Notes under the pieces: model-generated
Told to the model about the DNA's origin: nothing
Seen by the model: only the letters and a program-made list of their open reading frames with translations
Database searches by the model: none
Made by a program: the position numbers and the translations under genes
Shown: positions 29,065 to 38,065 of the stretch, piece after piece
Position numbering within the stretch: the first letter of the stretch is position 1
Layout of the letters: each line of letters opens with the position of its first letter
DNA from: a virus
Length of the DNA: 64,000 nucleotides
IMG/VR virus record: IMGVR_UViG_3300029429_000001
Location: 1-64,000 of that record
Reading direction: 5' to 3' (one strand)

Positions 29065-29640
29065 TCAGCCCTTATTTAATTTTTTATAAACTTCTAACTG
29101 GGCAGCAACACGATCATGTTCTTTGTCTAACGCCCTATACTGGTTTTGCCATTCATTGATAACGGTCTTAAATACTTTCTCCTGGGCTTCATACTTGGCT
29201 ATACGCTCGGTTAACTTCCTAACCTCAAGGTCCAGGGAGTCCCGTTGTTTCCTTAGGCGATCAACAATGTCGTTGAATTTCTCTTTTTGATTGCTCATCT
29301 CCTTAAGCAAGGCGGTTTCCGAGGCTTCTAGCGCATCCTGGAACTGTGCCTTGTTACGATCGATCGAGATCTGCATATTGCTAATTAAACGGGTTTGGAT
29401 ATCGAAGGCATCGGATGTGGCCCTGTTTGAGGTCTCTGCCATCCTCCCCCTGTAATCAAACAAACCCATCACGAACTTACCGGCGAATATCAACAAGGCA
29501 GTGATAACAACACCCACCAGCGTCTCCACTGGATTATTCGCTGCCATGTTAGTCAGGCTTATGACCTGGGCTTTGTGCTGGGTAACTTGATTGGCGAGGC
29601 CTTGAGAGATCTCTACTGATTCAACGGGCAATGGCGGCAT
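29065..29640 (-). CDS. TM + coiled-coil protein in lysis cassette
   Basis: Single TM followed by heptads. Confidence 0.55.
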   Translation of the reverse strand: MPPLPVESVEISQGLANQVTQHKAQVISLTNMAANNPVETLVGVVITALLIFAGKFVMGLFDYRGRMAETSNRATSDAFDIQTRLISNMQISIDRNKAQFQDALEASETALLKEMSNQKEKFNDIVDRLRKQRDSLDLEVRKLTERIAKYEAQEKVFKTVINEWQNQYRALDKEHDRVAAQLEVYKKLNKG

Positions 29641-30151
29641 GAGTGCGCTCCACATATTCGAGAGCGATAGCCTTATCGGCATTGCAATCATCCAAGGCGC
29701 CTTCCAGCTCCAAGGTGTAAATTAAATGAGTCTGGTTTGGGACCAGGGCGGTACCGGAGTCGGTTTCAAGTACTCCAGGGGCGGATCGATCGGCACATAC
29801 TTTGTCACCGGTTTGCATACCTTGTTTACCGAGCAAGCACTCAGCAGCACTAGGCAAAGTATTGCTATACCATTTTTCATCATGATTACCTTTTGCAGAT
29901 TGCAGCTTCTTGGTTAGTTCGGATTCCCGGGCTTTACTATCTGCAGCGCTCTTACTGGATAGGTCCCGTTCGATTTCAATTTGTGCCTGGTAGGATTCGA
30001 CACTGGCCTGCAGGTCTTCATTGGCAAGCACTAGGCCGGCGTTATCAGATACATGGCCGGCGATCGTTTGCTGTTGGCTCTCAAACAGCGAGTACAGGCC
30101 GTAAGCCATACCCGCCAGCATAAGAACCAGGACTAATACAAAACGGATCAT
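29621..30151 (-). CDS. Rz-like i-spanin (carries an o-spanin-like C-terminus in this assembly)
   Basis: N-terminal TM, coiled coil, downstream of endolysin. Confidence 0.7.
   Translation of the reverse strand: MIRFVLVLVLMLAGMAYGLYSLFESQQQTIAGHVSDNAGLVLANEDLQASVESYQAQIEIERDLSSKSAADSKARESELTKKLQSAKGNHDEKWYSNTLPSAAECLLGKQGMQTGDKVCADRSAPGVLETDSGTALVPNQTHLIYTLELEGALDDCNADKAIALEYVERTHAAIAR
29722..29883 (-). CDS. Rz1-like o-spanin lipoprotein, apparently frameshifted
   Basis: Embedded ORF MMKNGIAILCLVLLSAC (lipobox) then Pro-rich; not in ORF track. Confidence 0.7.
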   Translation of the reverse strand: MMKNGIAILCLVLLSACSVNKVCKPVTKYVPIDPPLEYLKPTPVPPWSQTRLI

Positions 30152-30744
30152 TAGCCCTGCCCCTTCAACAACAGGTAAAAGCCACTAATGCCCTTAACGT
30201 AGTTAATGGTTTCAACACTATGAAAACCGGTTATCTCAGGGAGGCATTTGATAATGCAGGCATACAGTGAGGGCATACCGCACTGCTTTTGAGCCTTAAG
30301 GAGGTTGCCGGCTCCAGCGTTGTAAGATGCAAGGCCTAGGGCTTTACGATCGCTGGCGGGTCTTGGGCTGGTCCAGAAAGACTCCCGGCCGGCCTGGTAG
30401 AATGCCGCAGCCATGATGTTGGCGGTCGGGTCGAATGGATCTATATGGCAGATAAGTAACGGCTGACAGATATCGGCCCACGTTGCCGGCATGATCTGGC
30501 CTAAGCCCCGGGCCCCAACAGGCGATACAGCACCAGGTTTAAGCCGGCTTTCCTGTATCAATTGTGCCTTTAACCAATCGCAGTCCTGGCCAATAAGAAA
30601 ACGGCGCGACTGCTTACAGATCTCAGCATCATATTTGTCTGTGTATCCGCCAGCACTGGCCTTGATCGATATCGCCAGGCTTAGCATCATGGCCAGGAGA
30701 ATGGCCAGCACAAACCAAGCGACGGTATCAGACTTGATCCTCAT
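30151..30744 (-). CDS. Endolysin, SLT lytic transglycosylase with N-terminal signal/anchor
   Basis: QES, VSPVGARGLGQIMPATW, ASYNAGAGN, ETINYV. Confidence 0.9.
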   Translation of the reverse strand: MRIKSDTVAWFVLAILLAMMLSLAISIKASAGGYTDKYDAEICKQSRRFLIGQDCDWLKAQLIQESRLKPGAVSPVGARGLGQIMPATWADICQPLLICHIDPFDPTANIMAAAFYQAGRESFWTSPRPASDRKALGLASYNAGAGNLLKAQKQCGMPSLYACIIKCLPEITGFHSVETINYVKGISGFYLLLKGQG

Positions 30745-30753
30745 GCCTATCCC

Positions 30754-31029
30754 CTATGACGAACTGAGCAGGAAGGCAGCAAATATCAAGATCGCCGGAT
30801 AGCGTATGCAGTAGTAATACCCCAGCACTCGCATTGGCTGGTAATGGCTTTGGTCGTTAGCCTTGGCCTTTGTGATTACGATTTCACGCCAGGCGTTAAA
30901 CCCACCATCCGATCGCTTATCCATCCAGCTCAATAGGAAGTGGATACCCATAGAGGCCACCAGGAACAAGGTGAGCTTAATCAGCATTGAGATAAGCGCG
31001 GTCGAAGTCATAAGCTCAAGATTAAGCAT
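30754..31029 (-). CDS. Putative holin
   Basis: Small 2-TM protein immediately upstream of endolysin. Confidence 0.6.
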   Translation of the reverse strand: MLNLELMTSTALISMLIKLTLFLVASMGIHFLLSWMDKRSDGGFNAWREIVITKAKANDQSHYQPMRVLGYYYCIRYPAILIFAAFLLSSS

Positions 31030-31561
31030 GGTCAGCACTCCCCAATACATCCGCATAGGCAGCGATGGCGGGCTCTGCTTTGTAGTAGCAAGGGGATTTC
31101 AGGACCTTGCCTTTCTTATAGAATTTTTGGCCGATCGTTTGATCTTTAGCAGAGATGAATACAATTAAACCGCTATTGGCCTGGACCTGTTCAGTCTTAA
31201 TGCCACGCCCGGAGAAATGAACAAGGGCTTGCTCCACTTCCGCCGCACTGGCGCAAAATTTAGAGTCATTGGAATCACAAACCAGGTCCATCACCACATC
31301 AGGATCAAACCCTAGACGGCGCATGGCCTCAGCTGAGGTAAAAATAAGATCCGCCAGCTCTTTTACTGCAGCAACAGTATCAACACGCAAGGCGTCGGTT
31401 TCAGTTGTGGTCTCCACAAACTCTTCAGATACAAAGGCCATTTGAGTGGCTAAGGCCGCAAGATCAGGGGTGCCAAGGGGTTTGTGGCTGTTTCCCGCGT
31501 CCTCATTCCATTGAACCGCTCTAGCTAAAGTAGATGGTGCGTGCGCTTGGTTGGTGTGCAT
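31022..31561 (-). CDS. MazG-like NTP pyrophosphohydrolase
   Basis: EEFVE, ELADL, SNDSK, GKVLKSP motifs. Confidence 0.8.
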   Translation of the reverse strand: MHTNQAHAPSTLARAVQWNEDAGNSHKPLGTPDLAALATQMAFVSEEFVETTTETDALRVDTVAAVKELADLIFTSAEAMRRLGFDPDVVMDLVCDSNDSKFCASAAEVEQALVHFSGRGIKTEQVQANSGLIVFISAKDQTIGQKFYKKGKVLKSPCYYKAEPAIAAYADVLGSADHA

Positions 31562-31641
31562 TCAGTGCCCTTAGAATCTTGTAATTATTACAATGTTAGG
31601 TAACATTGGCCCCGTTCGCGCCTCAGCGAACTACAAGCCGC

Positions 31642-31691
31642 ACGCTATCACAGATCGTTTTCGCAAAAACAACAGGCGAATGTGTGTTATT
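31642..31691 (-). promoter_or_regulatory. Late promoter (lysis/packaging operon): AATAACACACATTCG-N29-TAGCGT
   Basis: Shared box plus fixed spacing. Confidence 0.75.
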
Positions 31692-31868
31692 ACTGAGGCA
31701 TGCACAAGGTGCACATAATTACTGAATTGCAGGCATGAAAAAGGCCGCACTAAGCGACCTTTTTTAATGAAATACTGTAACTGTCTCCCCCTGGGTTAAC
31801 GGCCCTAGGGAGAATCAAGTGTGAACTGGAGCGCGATAATCGATGACTAGAACCGCAAGAGAACAAAC

Positions 31869-32171
31869 ATGACCCATAACCGAATGTTACGGCAGCCCAG
31901 CAATGGTACCCAGCATGGTCCACAAGATCAAACCCGCCACATCAATAACGCATATCTAATTGCCTACATGGCAAAGTTAAACTTCACTGCTGAGCGCATG
32001 GCCGATATCGCGATGTGTTCCCAAAGCTCAATAGAAGGCTATCGATCGAGTCCAGGCACTAGCCGGTACCAGGTACTAAAAAATAAGAACCTGGTCTTTA
32101 TCGATACCATGATCATAGCTGGCAGATTCGCTACCAAAGAACGCCTGGCAGAAATTAAGGCCGGCGCATGA
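31869..32171 (+). CDS. HTH transcriptional regulator
   Basis: FTAERMADIAMCSQSSIEGYRS HTH-like. Confidence 0.6.
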   Translation: MTHNRMLRQPSNGTQHGPQDQTRHINNAYLIAYMAKLNFTAERMADIAMCSQSSIEGYRSSPGTSRYQVLKNKNLVFIDTMIIAGRFATKERLAEIKAGA

Positions 32172-32554
32172 ATGACCACGCCAGCATCGATATCATAGGC
32201 CTCACAATGGGGGGCGACGCTATGATCATGATCACGGACTTAGGCCTAGATGATCATCTAACCGCCATGGATGATATAGAAAATATTATCCCTCAAGCGA
32301 TCGACGGTTTACCCGATGGCCTGCCTGGCGTGATTTTGATCGCTGTAAAAACCAGCCTTGGCATCTGGCACGGCATTAGGACTGACAAAAATTATGACTT
32401 CCTGGGCTTTGTGGACCTGCTAGCTCAGCCACCAGGCGGCTTATCCAATCACCAGCTTGGCCACTTCCTATTTTCACAGCAAAAAATGCTTGAGATTGCA
32501 TGCCGGGCAAACGAGGAAAACTCAGACATAAGCCCGGATCGAGTACTTCACTAA
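32168..32554 (+). CDS. Hypothetical protein
   Basis: ATGA coupling. Confidence 0.55.
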   Translation: MNDHASIDIIGLTMGGDAMIMITDLGLDDHLTAMDDIENIIPQAIDGLPDGLPGVILIAVKTSLGIWHGIRTDKNYDFLGFVDLLAQPPGGLSNHQLGHFLFSQQKMLEIACRANEENSDISPDRVLH

Positions 32555-32555
32555 C

Positions 32556-32801
32556 ATGTACGAATCCACAACCTCTCAAGTCAGGAAAGAAAAGGTAAAG
32601 AAAATCTGCCTTATGGAACCTGAGGAAATTGAGGAGACGGTGGCATACAGATTGGGAATAGTCAGATCCGCCCAAGGTGGCAAGCTCCATCCCCGTCCTG
32701 AGCGTATGACCAAATTCATGTTTAGCCTTTTTAGGTGCGGCTATCTCGATGAAGAAATGGCCAAAAACGAGATTAAACAGCGCAGAAAATCGCGCCACTA
32801 G
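32556..32801 (+). CDS. Hypothetical protein
   Basis: Operon context. Confidence 0.45.
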   Translation: MYESTTSQVRKEKVKKICLMEPEEIEETVAYRLGIVRSAQGGKLHPRPERMTKFMFSLFRCGYLDEEMAKNEIKQRRKSRH

Positions 32802-32810
32802 GTAATAACC

Positions 32811-33089
32811 ATGAGTCAATCGGATCGACAAAAAGCCCTGGATCGACAGGCGGCCCTGAAGGTCATTAAAAAACCCATCAAGTGCACTGAGGATATCGTG
32901 TCGATCGCCAAGCGAGAGGGCGCCTTTGTGGTCCTGAAGAAAGAGCGGCAGCTAGTGGAATGGGCCATGAAAGCAGTCAAGCGAGGCGTGCTCAAACAGA
33001 TTGCCCATCGTAGTTATGGGGACCATATACGTTTTGAGCCCGAATTCACCACCACCGATACAGGGGGTAAAAATTATGCCTGGTATTAA
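32811..33089 (+). CDS. Hypothetical protein
   Basis: AGGT RBS. Confidence 0.5.
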   Translation: MSQSDRQKALDRQAALKVIKKPIKCTEDIVSIAKREGAFVVLKKERQLVEWAMKAVKRGVLKQIAHRSYGDHIRFEPEFTTTDTGGKNYAWY

Positions 33090-33408
33090 TCCCCTAGCGA
33101 TCGGCCTAAGCGACGATGAGATTTTTATCCTGGGCAGGCCTAATTATTCCTGTGCGAGGATCGCGCAGATACTTATCGCCGCCGATATGTACAAAAACAA
33201 AGAGCGCCGGGCAGAATACGAGCAAGCTGTATTTATTCACTGGTCACAAAAGCTATTGAAAAAGCACGGTAAGAATTGGCGCAAAGAGGCATCGATAATT
33301 ATAGAGCAGTGCGAAAACAGAATTGAAGCCAAGCGCCAGGTGGCAGAAAAGAAATCGCTCCAGGCAGAAAAAAGCCCGGCACCAGGCCAGGCTAACCAAA
33401 CTCACTAA
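33076..33408 (+). CDS. Conserved phage hypothetical protein
   Basis: ILGRPN..C..IAQ.L / AE.EQA..IHW motif. Confidence 0.6.
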   Translation: MPGINPLAIGLSDDEIFILGRPNYSCARIAQILIAADMYKNKERRAEYEQAVFIHWSQKLLKKHGKNWRKEASIIIEQCENRIEAKRQVAEKKSLQAEKSPAPGQANQTH

Positions 33409-33752
33409 ACCGGCTGCAATTCCCGGGGGAGCTCCGACAGGGGTACTCCCCTATTGTATTCATCACCAGGGGAATACTGTTCCGCCCATAGTGGACCCTT
33501 CCTAACAATAAAATCCTCGGGCTCATTCATAAGCGCGTCAAACACGTTATAAGCCCCTTTAGCCTCGGCAAGGGTACCAAAGCAATAGCGATAGCTGTAA
33601 CCGCCCTTGGTGATCCCCACAATAAGCCCTATCGTATAGGCAAAGCGGTATAAGCAGCATAAATGGCCATCCACCACCTTAAAATCGTAATACCCCCACT
33701 TAGAGTGGAACTCCAGCTCTTCAGCTGGTACGTCTTCAATCCCCTGGTACAT
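33405..33752 (-). CDS. Conserved phage hypothetical protein
   Basis: FAYTIGLIVG...YSYRYCF motif. Confidence 0.6.
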   Translation of the reverse strand: MYQGIEDVPAEELEFHSKWGYYDFKVVDGHLCCLYRFAYTIGLIVGITKGGYSYRYCFGTLAEAKGAYNVFDALMNEPEDFIVRKGPLWAEQYSPGDEYNRGVPLSELPRELQPV

Positions 33753-33951
33753 CAGCTTTAAACCCGTTGTAAGTTTTGGATTTCTCTATGCAGCCGGCAT
33801 TGTCATTACAATAGCGCACGTTTTCTAAAAGCATGCCTACAGGCAATCCATTCTCAGCACTGCGATCATGAGTGACCACACCGATTTTATTGTCTGGTCG
33901 AGTGACCCCGCAGAGATGGCACGTCCAGGTCATAGTGCTAGGATCAAACAT
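33736..33951 (-). CDS. Small Cys-rich protein
   Basis: WTCHLCG..RPD..I, NVRYCND..C. Confidence 0.55.
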   Translation of the reverse strand: MFDPSTMTWTCHLCGVTRPDNKIGVVTHDRSAENGLPVGMLLENVRYCNDNAGCIEKSKTYNGFKADVPGD

Positions 33952-34168
33952 CGCTAATACCCAGCCCCCAAAATAAGAACTGAAACGCGACACCGGTACC
34001 CAAAATGGCACAGATCCAGAATACCGGGTTAAACAGAAAACTATCGGCACGCTTCAAATTGAGATCGCGCACCACCTCTATCACTGCCATGTGTTCATCC
34101 CACAGGATTTCAATCTCTTCAGCAGTGGCACCCTCGGGTATTTTTGGTGCTGGCGGGTATTTTTTCAT
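33944..34168 (-). CDS. Small protein with C-terminal TM
   Basis: Coupled ORF. Confidence 0.5.
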   Translation of the reverse strand: MKKYPPAPKIPEGATAEEIEILWDEHMAVIEVVRDLNLKRADSFLFNPVFWICAILGTGVAFQFLFWGLGISDV

Positions 34169-34239
34169 TCTTCGATCTCATGTGGTGATACCAAAAAACC
34201 GCAATAAAGCGGTTTAGTGTTTTACATTAACGGTATGCG

Positions 34240-34476
34240 TTAGCCTTGAAAGTCTTGAATATAGGACCGGTACCACTTGCGACAAATAGCCTCAAAGTCG
34301 GCTTGAATGTCACCAGCATAAGATAACGTGCTGCCCATAGTTCCGCCGCCGCTGCATATTTGCTTGCCTAGCGTGCCTGGAGCGCCGTTTAGATCGGCGT
34401 ATATATATTCGCTTCCAGGGCGGGAAAACGTGATTTTCTTATCAAGTTTTTTGCTGGAAATAATTAGATCATCCAT
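34240..34476 (-). CDS. Conserved small phage protein
   Basis: GTLGKQICSGGG.MGSTL..FEA.CRKWYR motif. Confidence 0.6.
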   Translation of the reverse strand: MDDLIISSKKLDKKITFSRPGSEYIYADLNGAPGTLGKQICSGGGTMGSTLSYAGDIQADFEAICRKWYRSYIQDFQG

Positions 34477-34480
34477 GTTA

Positions 34481-34801
34481 CTAATCCTCTTTAGGTTTGT
34501 TTTGGTACCTGGTTTTTATCACAACTGGCGTCAATACGACCGCAAAGCCCCCTCCACGAAATACCCTCTCAAGCGTATCGGATTGGGGAGCGTATGCCCT
34601 GCCACTTTCAGCCGGCGTAAGATCTTTTATACGGGCAATTGTGGTAGCAGACAACCCGGTCATATCGGACAACTGGGTATCTTTAGCATCCATATTATTC
34701 AACATATCGGAGGCGATCTCCTTAAATCCTCGGGTCGAATTTCCGCCAGCGTTAAGATTCATTTTCTTGTTAAACGCAGCTGTAAAAGGATTACTTGCCA
34801 T
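34481..34801 (-). CDS. HTH protein
   Basis: DTQLSDMTGLSATTIARIK. Confidence 0.6.
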   Translation of the reverse strand: MASNPFTAAFNKKMNLNAGGNSTRGFKEIASDMLNNMDAKDTQLSDMTGLSATTIARIKDLTPAESGRAYAPQSDTLERVFRGGGFAVVLTPVVIKTRYQNKPKED

Positions 34802-35249
34802 TTTTTAGCTCCTCTTCTTGCGCGTCCAGCTGGGCAAGGTAAACCCCTATAGTCGTGTGAACATTCCGCAGGACTTGAATGTGTTCCGCGCCGGCTTTCA
34901 TGATTGACGATATCACTTCGACTGCCATCGCATTCTGAGTGGTCATCTTAATTGCGGGCGCTTTAGTAGTGGCCGGCAATGAACTAGCCAATGACGCTTC
35001 GATTTCTGGCACGGTCTCGACAGTATCACGGTGACTATTGAGCCATTTTTTACCGCTGGCGGTTAGCGCGTAAACAAAACCGTCATGACCTTTCACCTTT
35101 TTTTTGCTCGCATGTTTTGCGCCAAACAATCGATACAGTAATGCAGAGGTAGGAATACCCTTGGCGGTAAAACCAGATTTTTCGCGCAATTCAGGGGAGG
35201 TGCACGGGCCGTGCTGTTCTAATAATGCTGCCATCGATACTAATTTCAT
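34791..35249 (-). CDS. Winged-helix protein
   Basis: HGPCTSPELREK..LYRL..FVYALTASG. Confidence 0.6.
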   Translation of the reverse strand: MKLVSMAALLEQHGPCTSPELREKSGFTAKGIPTSALLYRLFGAKHASKKKVKGHDGFVYALTASGKKWLNSHRDTVETVPEIEASLASSLPATTKAPAIKMTTQNAMAVEVISSIMKAGAEHIQVLRNVHTTIGVYLAQLDAQEEELKNGK

Positions 35250-35296
35250 TTTGTTTTGTCTTTTCTAATAAGTTGTTAATTGAAAATTGAAAATTG

Positions 35297-35491
35297 CTAA
35301 GCTTCGGCTTGGGCTGCAGCCTTTAGTGCTACAGCACCCGCCAGCATGCAATCAAACTTTGGGCGATCATCTATAAACCAATCGTGTAGCGTTCTAACCC
35401 TCACTGTTGAAATCTCAGCCATCTCAGCCAGGCTTTTAAGCCCAGCCTCCTTAGCAATATCAGCTGGACCCTTTTGTCCACTATTCGCCAT
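35297..35491 (-). CDS. Small stand-alone HTH protein (Aca-like)
   Basis: AKEAGLKSLAEMAEISTVRVRTLHDW. Confidence 0.65.
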   Translation of the reverse strand: MANSGQKGPADIAKEAGLKSLAEMAEISTVRVRTLHDWFIDDRPKFDCMLAGAVALKAAAQAEA

Positions 35492-35861
35492 TATTCGATT
35501 CCTTCAATAACGTCATAAATTTAGATTCCACATACTCAATGTACCCGTCATCCTCAGTTGAACTAATCGGCAACTTAAGAGCAGTAACCAGATCAAAAAT
35601 AAATACCACTTGCTCATCGTGAGCTTTCCAGGCCTGGGCATTGGCCAAGGTAAGTATGGGCTGCAGGGATGCCAAGATTTTCTCTAAGCTGGATTCCACA
35701 AATTCAACCAGGGCCGTAGCACTATCCGCGTTATCCAAAGAGCACGGCACGTTTTGACCCGTGATTAGATTGACGGCAAAAACGAATTTCTCATCGTCTT
35801 TTTCGTATTCCCAAGCATTGGCCATTGTCAGTGCGGGCTGTATTTGGTTTTTATAGGTCAT
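35481..35861 (-). CDS. Acidic protein made of two ~60-aa repeats
   Basis: IQPALTMANAW..FVES / LQPILTLANAQAW..YVES; AAGGAG RBS. Confidence 0.6.
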   Translation of the reverse strand: MTYKNQIQPALTMANAWEYEKDDEKFVFAVNLITGQNVPCSLDNADSATALVEFVESSLEKILASLQPILTLANAQAWKAHDEQVVFIFDLVTALKLPISSTEDDGYIEYVESKFMTLLKESNNGE

Positions 35862-35903
35862 GGTAAAACTCCTTTTAGTGGGGCCGGAGCCCCTGGTGAC
35901 AGG

Positions 35904-36350
35904 TTACTTGCGTTTGGCAGCTATAGATTGGCATCGCTTGCAGTAACCATCACCGCCTTGGGGTTCTATGTCGGCCCCCGTCTCCTTGAAGCTTGGCAAT
36001 GAAACGCCGCACAGAGTTACCTCATCACAATCGTATTCCATGATATGCGACTTAGAAAAATTGATTGGGCGACTGTTTTCATCAAAGAAATTCCAGCCAA
36101 CGCTACAAAAATCAGGCTTATCAATTTTTTCAACTTCGGGCGCAGAGTCGAAAACAGGATCATTAGTCACCTTCATTTCTTCTAAAAGCCACCCAGGCAG
36201 GTTAGGCGTCTGTTCATTGGGAGTAATACTGATAACGGTCTTGTCATCGTTTTCCAAGTAGCCAGTTAATTGGCCCTGGTCTAAAACCGTTGCTGTGTAA
36301 GTGTGGTCAGTGTACTTAATATCCACATACAAATTAGGCGTGCTATTCAT
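35904..36350 (-). CDS. Acidic protein with C-terminal Zn finger
   Basis: Start MNSTPNL with GGAG RBS; H..LCG..CKRC. Confidence 0.6.
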   Translation of the reverse strand: MNSTPNLYVDIKYTDHTYTATVLDQGQLTGYLENDDKTVISITPNEQTPNLPGWLLEEMKVTNDPVFDSAPEVEKIDKPDFCSVGWNFFDENSRPINFSKSHIMEYDCDEVTLCGVSLPSFKETGADIEPQGGDGYCKRCQSIAAKRK

Positions 36351-36399
36351 CGTTTTTGCTCCATTAGTGCCAGGGCCGTTAACCCTGTCCATGGATCTA

Positions 36400-36461
36400 A
36401 ATATACGCGGTATTTGCATATTTACAAGCTTTTCATGATATTTATGTGCATATGCTGCACA
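36400..36461 (-). promoter_or_regulatory. Promoter TTGTAA-16-TATATT with operator TGTGCA-N5-TGCACA (36445-36461)
   Basis: Perfect operator copy downstream of a terminator. Confidence 0.7.
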
Positions 36462-36623
36462 CACACACTTTAGCCAGGCACAAAAAAGGGCCTCCAAAGA
36501 GACCCTATAAAAAATAGAAGGTATAAAAAATAGAGGGTATAACCGACAAGCCCTCCCCTTCACAATTTGGGCAGCCGTACCGGTCCCCCTCGTTATCATG
36601 CTCGTAGTCACAGAATGGGCAGA

Positions 36624-36941
36624 TCATCGCCTGGATACCTTCCAGATATCGCCCTGGAGCTCATCAATCGTCATCATGAGCTCATGCTTTTTATCCCACA
36701 ATTTGTTGCCCATCTGCTCTTTAAGCAAAGCCATTAGCTTTTTCTCTTCAACTGCAAGCGGGCCAATGACCTCAGATAATTTCTCGTAGTCATCTTTATG
36801 AGCATCCCGGGCTTCCAGGGCTTTTTTGTGAAGCTCACCAATTTCGGCAGCCGGCGATCGCGCTATCTTTTCTTCTAAAACCGCCAGCTTTTTTTTAAGC
36901 CTGGCGATCTCTTTATTAATCAGATCTAACGTGGCGCTCAT
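36624..36941 (-). CDS. Coiled-coil hypothetical protein
   Basis: Coupled ORF. Confidence 0.5.
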   Translation of the reverse strand: MSATLDLINKEIARLKKKLAVLEEKIARSPAAEIGELHKKALEARDAHKDDYEKLSEVIGPLAVEEKKLMALLKEQMGNKLWDKKHELMMTIDELQGDIWKVSRR

Positions 36942-37303
36942 TGGCCGCTCACGACGCTAACCCCATCGACAACCTGGTTCCAGTACAGCTGCCTATATAA
37001 ATTTTCGGCGGTAATGGCAACTTCATCCTCGCCATATTCAAGCACCATATCGCCATAATGAACCTCAAAAACAAGAGGCATGGCATGGCCAATAATGCTA
37101 ACCACTTTCCCTTGTTTTACATTGGGCTTAAATACGATCGAGGCAGAATAAAAAGCAGCCTCATGCTGTAGCATCTCACCACGCTCAAGCGTGAAATTAG
37201 CAGCGTCGCCACCAAGTGCATTATTTATGGCAACCATCAGCAACTCGTCGTATTGCTCCGGAGTGCGATTGGCTAGCTCTTCATCAACTGGGAATTCAGA
37301 CAT
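36938..37303 (-). CDS. Acidic hypothetical protein
   Basis: GAGG RBS. Confidence 0.55.
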   Translation of the reverse strand: MSEFPVDEELANRTPEQYDELLMVAINNALGGDAANFTLERGEMLQHEAAFYSASIVFKPNVKQGKVVSIIGHAMPLVFEVHYGDMVLEYGEDEVAITAENLYRQLYWNQVVDGVSVVSGQ

Positions 37304-37748
37304 TAATTAATACCTCGCTTTCATTGCGGCGATTGAAATATGCAAACACCTCACTGGCATCAATAACCAGAGTGGCAATTCCGCGCCGGCCATCCAGGGT
37401 GAATTTCTCAGCCACCTTGCGATCCAGGGTCCAGGAGATAGACGTGTCCAGTTCTTCGACCGTGTTATAGGCGCGGTAAATAGTCAGATTACCTTTAAGC
37501 CGGCGCCAGGCTTTACGCTCGCTGCCTTTCATAATCTTGTGGGAGTTTTTACGATCGGAACGTAACAGGCGCAGCCATAAATCTTGCTGCAGGACCGTGC
37601 CACCGAATTTCCAGAGCGAGCCTAGGGTATTCCAGTAAGTAGAATCATCCTGCAGGTAGCGGTGCTTTTGAAAAAAGTACTGAGCCATCTCATGATCTTC
37701 GAGTTCAAGCATCGCATCTATAAATTTAGAGTCGTTTTGATTCGCCAT
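37296..37748 (-). CDS. Hypothetical protein, ADP-ribosyltransferase-like R-S-E pattern
   Basis: IYRA / ISWT / ESEV. Confidence 0.5.
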   Translation of the reverse strand: MANQNDSKFIDAMLELEDHEMAQYFFQKHRYLQDDSTYWNTLGSLWKFGGTVLQQDLWLRLLRSDRKNSHKIMKGSERKAWRRLKGNLTIYRAYNTVEELDTSISWTLDRKVAEKFTLDGRRGIATLVIDASEVFAYFNRRNESEVLINV

Positions 37749-37840
37749 TTAGGTACCGCCGTAATCGCCTGAGGGATCTAATACGCACTTGAATGCGCGC
37801 TATTGTTTTGGATCGTCGCTTTTGCTTTACCCGGGACACG

Positions 37841-38065
37841 CTACCACTCGGTAGGCTGGGAAACGGCCCGCGTCATCCAACTAAGGCCTTGCTGCAGATT
37901 AGTTTTGGCCAGGCTAACTGCGCCCTGGTCGAGACCGCTAAGACTTTCCAGCATCTCAATATGAGCCTTTAATGATTTCCCCAGTTCTTTACCTGAGTTC
38001 ATTAGATCTATTTGTTTTTGACTAAGATCACCATAGCCACTTATTTGCTTATGCTGGTTATCCAT
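37841..38065 (-). CDS. acb2: Acb2-family anti-CBASS cyclic-nucleotide sponge
   Basis: MDNQHKQISGYGDLSQKQIDLMN..KELG and AKTNLQQG..RAVSQP closely match Acb2 ([23 protein letters not shown]..KELG). Confidence 0.85.
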   Translation of the reverse strand: MDNQHKQISGYGDLSQKQIDLMNSGKELGKSLKAHIEMLESLSGLDQGAVSLAKTNLQQGLSWMTRAVSQPTEW

